A stretch of 64,000 nucleotides of DNA from Phoronis australis (lineage: Eukaryota > Animalia > Phoronida): the NCBI GenBank assembly GCA_002633005.1, contig NMRA01000385.1, forward strand, positions 189,839-253,838, in the 5' to 3' direction. Made by a program: the position numbers and the translations under genes. Below the pieces are notes generated by a model. It was not told the origin of the DNA. It saw only the letters and a list, made by a program, of their open reading frames with translations, and made no database searches. Position 1 is the first letter of the stretch; each line of letters opens with the position of its first letter. Shown here piece after piece: positions 1 to 12,100 of the stretch.

Positions 1-61
1 TTTTTTGTTGTTGTTATTTTCATTGTTATCATAGCTTTAATGTTTTTTTTTTCTGTTGTAG

Positions 62-116
62 GCTTCAGTCAAAGCTGTAGAAGACCTTTGTTTCGGAAAA
101 GATTTTGAATTCCACG
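62..116 (+). CDS. Exon a of giant gene (ASVKAVEDLCFGKDFEFH)
   Basis: Polypyrimidine tract + tgtag acceptor; gtaaga donor; ends phase 1, matching next exon. Confidence 0.75.
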
Positions 117-3100
117 GTAAGACTGAATCCGAAAGGTTTAAATTAATACCAAAAATATTTTTATTTGATTCTGTCTTTTAAAGGTACAGGTTTAGTTGCT
201 TGCTAGTAGACCTCAATCCTCAGTGGCCTCAAAAGACTCTCAGACTAAATTCTTCGGCACTCAATTGGTCTTTGGTTTTGGGCACTTTTTGTATGTAAAT
301 AGTAAAGTTTCAGGACTTGTGCTTGGCCGAATATTCCCCATGCTTGCACTCTTGTTGACTTCTTGTTTACTGCTGTGAACTGTTTTTAACATCTTCATTG
401 CTGGGTATTGTAAAACATGAGTGCTCTTTAACATTTTACTGCATTTAGATTTAAGCAAAACAATAGAATTTCACCAAATAGCTAGAAATCGGCTTGTAAT
501 TTCCAAATTTTGCCTTGGAGTAGACACCAAGCACATTTGTTTGCACTTAATGCGTTCTCAGTTATGTTTCTGTTCTCTTTTAACTTTCCTGAGAATTGGA
601 AAAAAAATGGTGGGTCCTGGTTCTAATCTTTTTACTCGAAATCGAAAATATATTTATCACTTTCCTTTCATTAAATACAAACTCAGGATAATTATATATT
701 GTTCTTGTACTTGAGGCTATTAGGCACGCCACAGTGTACGCCCAAATTCGCACCTGATGAGCTCTAGATTTGAGCTTCAAGCTTAAGTAGAAACTTGAGA
801 TTTCTTGTAAAAACTTGAGAGTGAGACTGGAATTCATAGCTTTAATGGTGGTGTCATCGAAAGCAAAATAAGATTACACATTCATTGTCATAAACAATAA
901 TATATTCAAACACAGAATGAACTAGGCACTTATTTTTAGTTGATGGAAAGGAACTTTAAAAATAGTTTTGAATTCAGTTTCGAATAAAGATATTACATCC
1001 TGGGACCAGGTCTATTTTCAAGTGGAGTCTCAAAATAAAGTTTGGATGTTTTTCCTTTCTCTTGTAGTTATCTCTTGAAAATGCCATCCCAATTAACACA
1101 GTTGTCTTAAGTTCTTTCTGATGTATTGACTAGTCTGCCAAAACAATGTGCACAGTGCTATTGCTGAAAAACGTAAATGAAGGCATTGATGGATGTATGC
1201 TTTCATGATATTTTAGGAACAAGAACAAATAATAATACTAATTTTTGTCTGCCAATTGCTAGCTGATCTATGATCTCTGTGTTGAAACTTCTGAAATAAC
1301 GCCATGGACATTTTTCCAAACTATATTTCTTCTTTCAGGTGTTAATTGAGTAAAAAATCATGTTTCTTTGAAACACTATGTACTTCAGGTATGGACATAG
1401 TTGTGCCGAATAGAACCAATGAGACTGCTACACTTCGACGTGCCTGCCTCACTGTTGGTGGAATGGCATCAAGTCTGAACAAAACCAACCCAGCGAGAGC
1501 TGCTCAGATTGTTGGCCATCTTACTACCTGGTTGGAGCGACACAATGGTAAATCTCATGATTTGCTCGCTCTGGCTTTACACTTTGTATGAATATATATG
1601 GAGGACATTTCATAATGCGATAGTTGTGATGAGTGCTAAAATGTTGCAACGGCATCTTACATTGAAAGTTTGCTGAGATGTGCAGAAAGTGATTACATCA
1701 TACTTCTGGGATCTGTTTCATGAAATGTGACTTCAAGACTTCAAGACAAAAATTTGGTCTTATGCTTTCACTTCACACTGTCTTGCTTAAATTAGATTTA
1801 GCCAAGTATTTATGAACGCATGAACAGAAATAATTTATGGAAATTATCTCAGTATTTGGCAGTTTTCTGTATTTCTCAGAGACTGTACGTTTGCTCATTT
1901 GTGATTTAATTATTCCTCATAAATATTTACTTCAAGACTTGACATAATACGGTAGTGGTTTAATCACGTACACTTACACATTTGGTCAATCTGACAAAAT
2001 TCAACAAAAATAGCTCACCCCCTAGTATGTGAACCAGACAAATTTGACATAATTATTAATCGCTTGTTTACGTACTCATGATATAGTTGCTTAGTATCCA
2101 CGGCAGTTACAACTTGTGACCCATTGTAATTTCCTGTATCGAAGGGGCAAGCAAAAACTTTATTCATAAAAAATAGCAATTTGAAAGGACTCGAAAACAC
2201 TAGGTGTACTCTTGCTCACTTCCATATGGGCACAAGATTGGAAATCAATTGACTCTTGAACTTATGTGACCATGTGGTGGCAGTCTGATGAGTAGTTCCT
2301 TTTTCAGACCGCACCAAGCGCTCTGCTGATGACATGGACTACAACTATGAGTACTACACCGGTATGATTATGCTGTATGCTCTAAGCAATGCCGCTCATC
2401 ACACCTCGTTAAAGCTGTTCAAGAGATATGCAGCACCAAACCAGGGTCACTCGGCTTGGCGTAGAGCCGCTTTGGAAGCCATGAAGTTCTATCCTCATGA
2501 TGAGGTATGATTTGTTATGAGAAAATACTCTGGCTACTGTGATAGAAAACGTCATGCCCAGAGTGTAAGATTGTTTAATCAGTGCTACCTGGTGGTCAGA
2601 ATACTAAATATGCAGTGTTTGGCTCTGTCATTGTCATTTGGACACAGCTAAGCCAAAGAATATGCACATTGACTTAATGTGTGCGTCACCTGGTCAGCAT
2701 TTCTTGTAAAAACAAAATTAAAGAAATATAATCACTTTTCCTCACTTAGTTGTTTATCTCCCAGTATTTCCCATTAATAAAAGAGTAATGGTCTGATATA
2801 ACGTGCCCGAATTTTGAGAACCATTTTTTTTCCGCTAAATAACGGGCATAAACTGGTTCTCAAAATACGGGCACATTATATCAGACTATTGCCAATTAGT
2901 ATACCATAAGATTTATGCCTCACTGTTCCAAACCACACTGTGTGTTGTTCAATGCCATTGCAACAATTTCCCAGCAAACTTTTCAAAGACCAGACCCCAG
3001 TAAGATGGGGTCACTGGACCACCGTGATTTCTTGGGACAGCTGAATACTAAATTCATTGCCATAGTTTTCCTATGCACTCGCACGTTATATGTGGTCGCA

Positions 3101-6100
3101 AAGTTTCATTATATCTGTGTGGTGTCTGACATTGGTCATTTTGCTATTTAAGTTTGCTTTTGTATCTTTGCAGTTCGTTGAGGTTTTTGTAAAATATGCC
3201 TTATAGGTGTCTCTTAAGAAGACACCTTGCTATTTTCAGACAGGCTACATTAAGTTTACTGGAAGTGGGACCCTATAGGAGGAATGTTTAAAACGGATCA
3301 TTTTTTCAATTGCTGTGCGTGATAAAGTTGGTGCATGTCAATGCTCAGCATCGCTCATGTTTTTGAAGAGAGCTTTCTCTGATTGGTTTAAGGTCATTGT
3401 TATGCTAACCATTTTTAAGATCATATGAATTCATGTTTTAACGTGGAAGACACTGGCACGTTTATTGATTGTTTTTTCGATACATTTAAGAGTGCTGAGA
3501 TTCTCATCACCCTGGCCTTCCACGACTTTCACGATGTTGTCCGCCAGCAGGCCTACAGAACGTATACTGAGCATCCCAAGCGGTACCAACTGACGGATGC
3601 ACAGAGAGACATTATACTAAGGTAAGTAAATTAGGTTGATGCTATATAGAAAACTGTGGATGCGGTAATTCATTATTCTGATCTGTGGTAAAGTCACAGA
3701 TGAGTTTGGAAACAAATTGCAGCTGCTGAAGGGATGGTGATTCTAGTCTCTTGTCAAATAAGTCACTTGACTTTGTGCAATGTAATGTAAAACTGAAGTT
3801 TTTACCAAACAATCTGCTAGTGAAAAATGACCCTGTTGTGAAGGTTTCTGTTAAGACACTGTAAGTAGCATTCTGTGTGCTTGCTTTGAATTTGGTCACA
3901 CCCAGAGGTTGGCTGAAACAATGTCACACCACGGTCGGTGCAGTAATTTTCAAAACAATTATTTGACGTTTTAGCTGATTTTTACTGTCAAAAAGCATTC
4001 TTGTCGAAATTTAGTCAGAGTGAAATGTTTTGTTATTACATCTAGTCACTGATTGTTTTTTGTCATGGCCTTGCACAGTAAGTTGTTGAGATTTTGCCAA
4101 AATTGGTGTAGCACGCCTGTCAAGATTTTGTTGCTACTTAATCAGCATTGAAACAGATTCTAGAGGAAAAGAAATGAATATGTTGTCCTTGTTTTGTGCA
4201 TCAAACCTTCATTAAATTTGTTCAGTTTGTTTTGAAAACTGCTGTTCAGTACTAATGCATTCAGGCACTGTTCAGGGATTGGCCACTTATCTGGTAGTGT
4301 TAGGATTTAGGATTATTACCTCAAACAACCACAGAGAAAAATATTCATCACAGAATCAATGGCAAAAAGAAACACCAGACTCGTTGTTATCTGGATCTTA
4401 ACTAGACCTCTTTCAACCTTTAGCAATGGTAACCTGTTATTTGTATCGTTTATTCTCTGAGGTTCACCTGACTTCCCTATCGGAAAACTTGATGTTTATA
4501 ATTTCATGTTTTAAATTAATCTTCTGAATTCTTTCTTTCAGACGCAATGCCTCTGCTGTGATACCACCCAATAGGGATAGACGAGGTATCCAAGACTTTT
4601 TGGACAAGGGACTTCATTGGGAAATTGAGATACCTGGGTTTTCGTGGACCAAGGTGATTGGCAGCACAGCCATTGGTGCATCATTTGGTGTCATTCTGAG
4701 AAACAAGATGTCTCTCGATCTAAGTAAGTACAATTCGTTGACAGTAAAACCTCAACAATATAGTGTACAAGTGAAATTGTGTTTTCCTACTTTTTCATAA
4801 AAGATATGTAGCTTCAAATTAATGCTTTACCATGTTGCTACGGTCAAAACTATTATGGAATAAAAATGTGTGCATTCACACAATGTTACAAGGACTTGAA
4901 AAAGGGAAAATGGGTGAGATAGCACTGTGACTGAGGTTTCAACAAAAAGGGCTGAGATGAGAACAAAGGACTGGGCTGATTTCTGCAACAATTTCACACA
5001 AGAAGCTAGCATGGTCAGGTAAATCACCTTTTATAAAAGGTGATATCTTGTGAAGTTTTGCATGATAATTCATTTTCAAGAGGTTCTCACTTCCACAGAA
5101 TGTATACCTGATTGATGGTATTCAGTTGACACCTTATCTGTGGTAACTTAATTGTAACAGAGTGGTACATTATTTTCTGAAGTGTTACAGGTGCAAAGTT
5201 TATTGACATCGAAGTGGCATCGATAATCATTCAGTTAGTACTGAATTTTGTCACGTGCTGTTTGTAACTTTTTGGAGGCGCAGACTATGTTTGATGTTTC
5301 AAAACCAGTAGAGAGCGTGTTTATGATTTGATGTCAAGCTCTTGTGACACAGTCTTTGCTTGATGTTTTAGAACCCCTTGAAGGCATGTTTATGATTGAC
5401 GTCTATGATACAGCCTATGCTGAGGCCAACCTTGGGATCCTCAACATCAAGTTTGACATGTTCCGCCTCCAAGTCTGTTTCCGTGGTTATATCCGGTACA
5501 ATCTTAATATGGCTAAGGTAATGAGGCGAATTCTTCATTGAGTACTCTAACACTCTTCTATAATCCCATAAGCTATAAACTTGTGAATAGAGACTATATG
5601 TCATTTTGAAATTCACATAATATATCAGATTTATTTGATCTTGGGCACATTGTATCAAAAATCGTAAGTCACTCGGTCATAGCTATGACTTTCTCAGCCA
5701 CGTTATTGCAAATGGAAGAGCAGAAATGTTACTACTGGCATAAATTTGATAATTGTTTATTTTCAAATGTAATTATGGTTGTTAGCAGTCAGGTTAATGT
5801 ACTATGTGCAAACTAAAGGCAGAGTTATTGGTTCATCTTTACATCCAGATTAATCCCTCATTATCTGAAAGAAACTAACTTTTGATTGACGCTGCATACT
5901 ACTATAAAGCTATATGACTCAGCTTGATCTTCAATCAGTTGAGAAGTGATTTTCTGTCTATCAAAGAATTGCTAGTTTGTTACTTTTAGAGACCGGCATG
6001 GTGAGTAAGATGACATGCTGTCGTAACTAGTCATCTTGTCAGTTATTGTCTCAGCAATAACTATCAGTTTCAACCAAGTCCAGAAATCACACTTACTTAG

Positions 6101-9100
6101 ACTGATGAACAATTTGAGACAAATTTCTTAGTGGTAAGTTGTCTAAATCAATAACTGGTGTTTATGACTGAGAAGGTGGATTTATTGCCACTTTAAATTT
6201 TATTTGAAGTATTGTGACGATATTCCAATTAGTCTTGCCATTCAATATGAGAGACGTCTCACCGCTCAGAGGAAAATGATATTGTTCACTACTTCCGCAT
6301 TTTCCCTAATAACTGCCCATGCTCCTCTAAGCGCACCCCCACGAGTTTTCAGACTTTGCTGAAACAAGCGCCCAGCCCATAACCGTGTACATGCAAAGAA
6401 TGCCTTACCTACAGTGCTAAAATTCTACAGTAACGTCTTCAGTTTGACAACAAGATCTGGAAGTCTTGAAAAAATCATTGTGCGCTTAATTTCTAGACCA
6501 CCAGCCTCGCCGCTATATGTCGGTATTTAGCCATGACTGTACAGTTCAGACTTCCGCCGTGCTCTAAAAAGAATACTAGTTTGCTGATCTTCTGAGGAAC
6601 ATGTTTCGTTATGGTCTGGCCTATCAGAACAGACACAGCGTACATGTCGACAGGAGAACCTTTCCCGTACAAATTCCACATTTTCTCCTTCAACAAGATT
6701 CCAAATTTCTTTGTACATGTAGAAACCGCGAATCTAAGACTAATAAAAAATTGGTGTTAAAAGCACATTAGTTCTAGAAAAGTTTTAGAACATTGCATTA
6801 GTCTATAAATACTCAGGCACGCGTTTGGGACAGGCAGTAAAGCAGTTAAGCAGTTGACAGTTAGATAAAATTTGAACATCAATTAATTACTGGGCAGTTA
6901 CAGTAGAGTTGCTGAACGTGTCTCAGAAGTTCATCACAAGTCAAGGCTTCGCAGCACTGGCTGGAGCATAGAATAGACATTACGTCGGACGTTTTGTTTG
7001 AGTAGGCTTGTGAAGATACGGTCGAGATTAATAAAAGGATTAACTCGAGCCAGTCTTCAGTCTATCATCGCACCGAAAGCTATTAGCACCAGTCTGTAAC
7101 AACCTGCACCCACCCGCACACGGGGAAAAACGTGACATTGTTCAATTAATCATAATTGGTGTTGTTAAAGCCATATGTCTGATAAAATGACCACTGACAG
7201 TGAATGCTAACACACTCTTACACCTTAAAAACAACTGCCAGACAGTCATGTATGCATCCAGCCATACGCCGACTAATATGGGCCTTAGCATGGTCTGCAT
7301 ATCAAAGGGGGCTGGGGGGGGGGGGCTATAGCCCCTCACTTTTTTCTGTTTTGTGCCGCCCATGCTTACCAAGACAATTGTCAAATGTTTTTAGCAGGAT
7401 GAGACTGGTAATTGCTGAACAAAACACATTCTGCTTTACTGCTTGTGCTTATATCTTTGGATACAATGAACATCTAGCTCGTCAGATTGCGTTTACGACT
7501 GGCAATTGAACTCTCACGTGACACGCACGTGCTGGCATACTCATACGCGCAGACGAACTTCAAACCAAACATGTGACAACAACATGTGTGTTTGTTGAGA
7601 GATTTTTCTTGTGTTGCCGGATAGGCCATAGATGGCACGATCTAGCTCAAACCTGCTGTTAATCCTGACTCCACAAGAACTTAAAAATCTTAGGGACGTT
7701 ACTTGGAAAACTTAAGGTGAATTTCAGGTAGTTTGCTTAAGTAAAAACTGTATTGATTTTTTTTATTCAAGCATTTAAGTTGCCATAGTGATGATTGCAA
7801 GGCAGTGATATATCAGTCGACAAGTTTCCGCCCTGGGATTTCAGCACAATTTTCTGTAAAACAATCGTAATTTAACAACAAAGTTCGATAGCAATGCACC
7901 ACAATTTTGCAGACAGTCTGCTACAGTTTACTGATACGTCACAGAGCATAAATATGACGAGTCTTTGCTTTCGATCTCACCCGTTTCGGAGACCGGGTTA
8001 CAACCTCTTGGTTTACAATAAGCGCCTCCCTAAAACAAATTTTTATAAGCACCCTAGGTTGTTATTAGGTTGAATACAGTAGTCGATCAATTTGTACTTA
8101 GTGGGTCATTTAAGTAAAGACGAAATGTTATTTGCTCGAATCATTCTTAGTCATTGGTAATGTTTCATTTTCAGGAATATGGCATTAACTCGGTTCAAGA
8201 TCTCGTTAACATTTTTGACACACTTTACGACCAGTTCGTCACACCCATCGAGACTGCAGTCGATAGTTTCATGGGCATTTTCCAGAGCATAAATAAGCAA
8301 GGCGGCTTTGGAGTAAGTAAACAACTCTATACAAGTAACAGTGTTCTGAAACCATCACGAGAAGTTTATAGTTTTATGGTATGTGTAGGCTCACCAGCTA
8401 GGACTTCTGTGTGTATCAGGGGTGCATCTGTTGACAAATGAATCTTAATTGACAAAAAACAAGATCCCCAAAACCACGGTAAGTGTTTCGCGAGTTGGCA
8501 AGGAGCTTACTAGCAGAATGATTGGTTGGTGATGCTGGAATTACGTTTTTATTGCATTGTTTCTGGTCATTGCATAGTTTCTGGTCATTGCATATTGTTT
8601 CTGGTCATTGCATTGTTTCTGGTCATTGCATTGTTTCTGGTCATTGCATTGTTTCTGGTCATTGCATATTGTTTCTGGTCATTGCATAGTTTCTGGTCAT
8701 TGCATTGTTTCTGGTCCCAAATACCTTGTATAGAGAACACAGTCAATTATTTATCATAGTGTTTGTAATAATAAAATCTTATCAATTTTAGCCAAAAATA
8801 ATTTCCAACAACGAAATCATCTCAATGAACAGACAGGCTCCACTGTTTTATTTTTGTATTTGTTTTTATACTCAATAGTCAAACCCTGTTCATGCATTTG
8901 CGTATGTAATATCTACTGGCAAAGGGATATTAAAAACAAGTTGGTGCTGTCATCAGATTACATTATATGGATAATGTTGCAAACAGTGTTGTGTTCTGGT
9001 AGCAAACATATCAAAACAAACGAGCTGGAATTTGGCTAGTCATTTTTCCGCGGTGTGGCATATGCAAAACATGGTGTACAATATTTAGGTTCTCCAAGGG

Positions 9101-12100
9101 TTCGTTACTTGTCTTTTTTAAAGATCAGTCTGGACATAAATATGACTTGCAGTGACTATTACGTAAAAGTGAGTATTTATTCAGTAAAAAATTACAACAA
9201 CCTGTAGTAGTTCCAACCAAATATAACGCCAAGTACGGCAAAACATCTGATATGTGGGCCGCTTGACTGTAACCATAATTTCTCAAGACTTTAGTGTCGG
9301 ATTGTTTTGATGGTGTACAATTTAAAAGGAAACATTTTATTCACTGGTTTTACTCATCCGTTATGAAAAGAATGAAAAGAAAATTTTAATAAAATTTTTT
9401 TTGTGATACTGTGTCGAGGTAGCTGACGCGATATTCCAATATTTAGTTTTAGTGTTAAATTGAACTAAAACTGTTAATTATGCTTAACAACGTTTTATTT
9501 TTACTATTAACTCAGACATTGTGCTACTCGCATGTACAATCAGTAGTTTTAATAATAAACTACACCAGCTTCTACAAAGTTATGTCATGTTCTTACAAAC
9601 TTGGGCAAACACTATGGACTGGCAGTTACTTAAACAATTGTTCAGCAGTAAAATGTCATTTTGTCACTCTGAATTGAGAGTTGCTGTTGACATTATGGCA
9701 CCTAGGCAATAGTTGTTTGTTTGTGACTTGTGAGAACAGTGTGTGGTACCATACCTGTCAAGATTTTATCGAAAATTTGCCACTATTGAAAGGTGCCTAT
9801 AATCATAAAAGAAATCACAGATACATAATTCTCAGTTTCATCCATATCGAAGTTCGATGTAATACAGTTTACTTTGAATTATTGTACATGAGAGTATCTG
9901 TACTATATTGTGATGTTATAATGTGATTCGATGTATGTCCATTCATTAAAGAAATATGGCTCTACACTTGAACAAATTGCTTTGTGTTGAAAATTAATTA
10001 ACTTTGTTGTTTTTATAGGCCTTGTTCAAGTCCTTCGCCCAAACCATTATTGACCTTCCCAAGAACATCGTTAAAACTGCTGAAGCGCTGGCAAGCTGGA
10101 CTGGGAAAACCACCAATTGTCTCCCCTGGGTGACAGCTGTCCGAAAAGTTGTTCTCAGAATCAAGTTTTTCATTAATGATGTAAAAATGGACATCGAGAA
10201 TTTTGTTACGGTAATGCGTAAAAAATCTCTTGTAAAAGTCTTACGGTATATTAAATTTTTCCTGATAGTTGTATTAACTAAACTTTAATCAAAAGAGAGT
10301 ATGTCTTGAATTTTGCCGGCATAATTGATTCCATTTGCATCAGTTTAGAACACAGAAAGGTTTTTTCAGTGGGGAGACAGTTTTCAATTGAAAAGAAGAG
10401 GAAATGAAAATCTGAGCACATAATTTGTTTGTTTTCAAGAAATTTCATTTAATTAGCAAAGAAGCAGAACTTGTGTCATGGTTTTAGGTTCTTTGAAGAT
10501 GTTTAACTTTCAACCTGGCAAATTTCTTTGGAAGTAAATTGCAATGATTAGATTGTCCATAACCATGACAACAATAGCTGATGATTTTACAACTGGTTGC
10601 ATTTCAAAGTGGAAACAAAGAATTTGGAGACTTCCTCATGATACCCCAGGGTGTGCTTTCATTATAGATGTGAAATGGGAATTAAGTGCTGCTCAGATGG
10701 TTGACTTTTTTCCCTGTTTTTGTTCACGACAACTTTCCATGGGAAAGAGGGCATTTTGTTACAAAACTCAATTCCCTAATGGTTTACTTTTAGTAATTCG
10801 AAATTCCAAAAAAGGTGTCATATTGCTACTAAAAACCTGCATTTGTTTTTATAAATATTGCTCTTAGTTTTAAATGTATGGTGCAAGAAACGTGTTCTTT
10901 TTGGCAACATTAAAAAAGCACCCTTTGTACTGTTTCTTGCTTAGTAGTTTGAAAAACAAACTGCTCAAGAATCCCTACAAAATGTTTAGGTTGATGGAAT
11001 TATTCCTGACAAAAGGGTGATGTTTTCATAGAGACTCCTCTCAAACAGCTTCCTTTTTCAAATCCATTCTCTACATGACTGGGTATCTCAAATTTTCTAG
11101 CTGCAATCATCACAAGACAGCCAACTATCTCCTTACACGATTCCCAATAAACTGACTCTTTCCAAATCATGTAACTTTGTGTTCTTGAATTGTGTGCCTC
11201 AGAGATTGAGTCATGCTTCTTGCAGGGCGTTTTGACTGTCAGGACTATGCATATCACCTCAAACATTGAGTCATGCTTCTTGCAGGAAGTTTTGACTGTC
11301 AGGACTATGCATATCACCTCAGACATTGAGTCATGCTTCTTGCAGGACGTTTTGACTGTCAGGACTATGCATGTTATGATTCTTTGCGCTTTATGATGTT
11401 CTAAGAAATCTGAGCCAATCAAAGTACTTTCAACTGTTTTCAGACAATTCTTGATGCCATTCAAGTGACAATCCCTTACGCTATTGAGCAGTTTGAGAAA
11501 ACTGGCAAACAGATTGTGCAATCCCTAGGTGAACTGATTTCAGCGCCATCTAGTGCTCTGGAAGGACTTGGACAAGCTTTCATCAGGTATGTTGAACAAC
11601 ATTTTCTTGCTTGTCGCGTCGTCATTAAAACAGCCAAAGCACTAACTCGGCCATTTTGTACAAGGTATCCCTTGGCTGCCTTGTGAAATTCTTAGAACAC
11701 TTGCCAAGCGTTATTTGTCTAACCCAGGGTTGCCATGGCAATGTTTATGCTGATGGGTGCCAAGAAACGGGTGGAAATCAACTTCCCTATCAAGGGAGGC
11801 AACCTGCCCTACTGGATGACACCTGGTGAGGATCTGCGTGCCCTCAAAACTGATATGCTCTATGCTACAAAGTCGGTTTCCAACATGTTAAAAATCTACG
11901 CCACACGACCAACACCTTTCAAGGTTGGATATGGTGCTACTGGACTGAAGAGCATGGTGAGTATGATTAACTTGTCCGTAAATTATCATTTACTCTTTTA
12001 ATGCTTGACGGATTCAGATAAGATGAAAAAAACAGAGTAGAGTTGGATCAACTAAACTTTGTTCATTCATGTAAAAGCAAAGTGGATCTGTAGATATACA

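Noticed and set aside
8551-8716. Short direct repeats as a possible CRISPR array or repeat protein (ORF 8526..8759)
   Set aside because: Head-to-tail minisatellite with no unique spacers, no cas genes, in a eukaryotic intron.
11000-11521. 173 aa minus-strand ORF with repeated CIVLTVKTSCKKHDS
   Set aside because: Produced by the 60 bp tandem repeat and antisense to a real exon.
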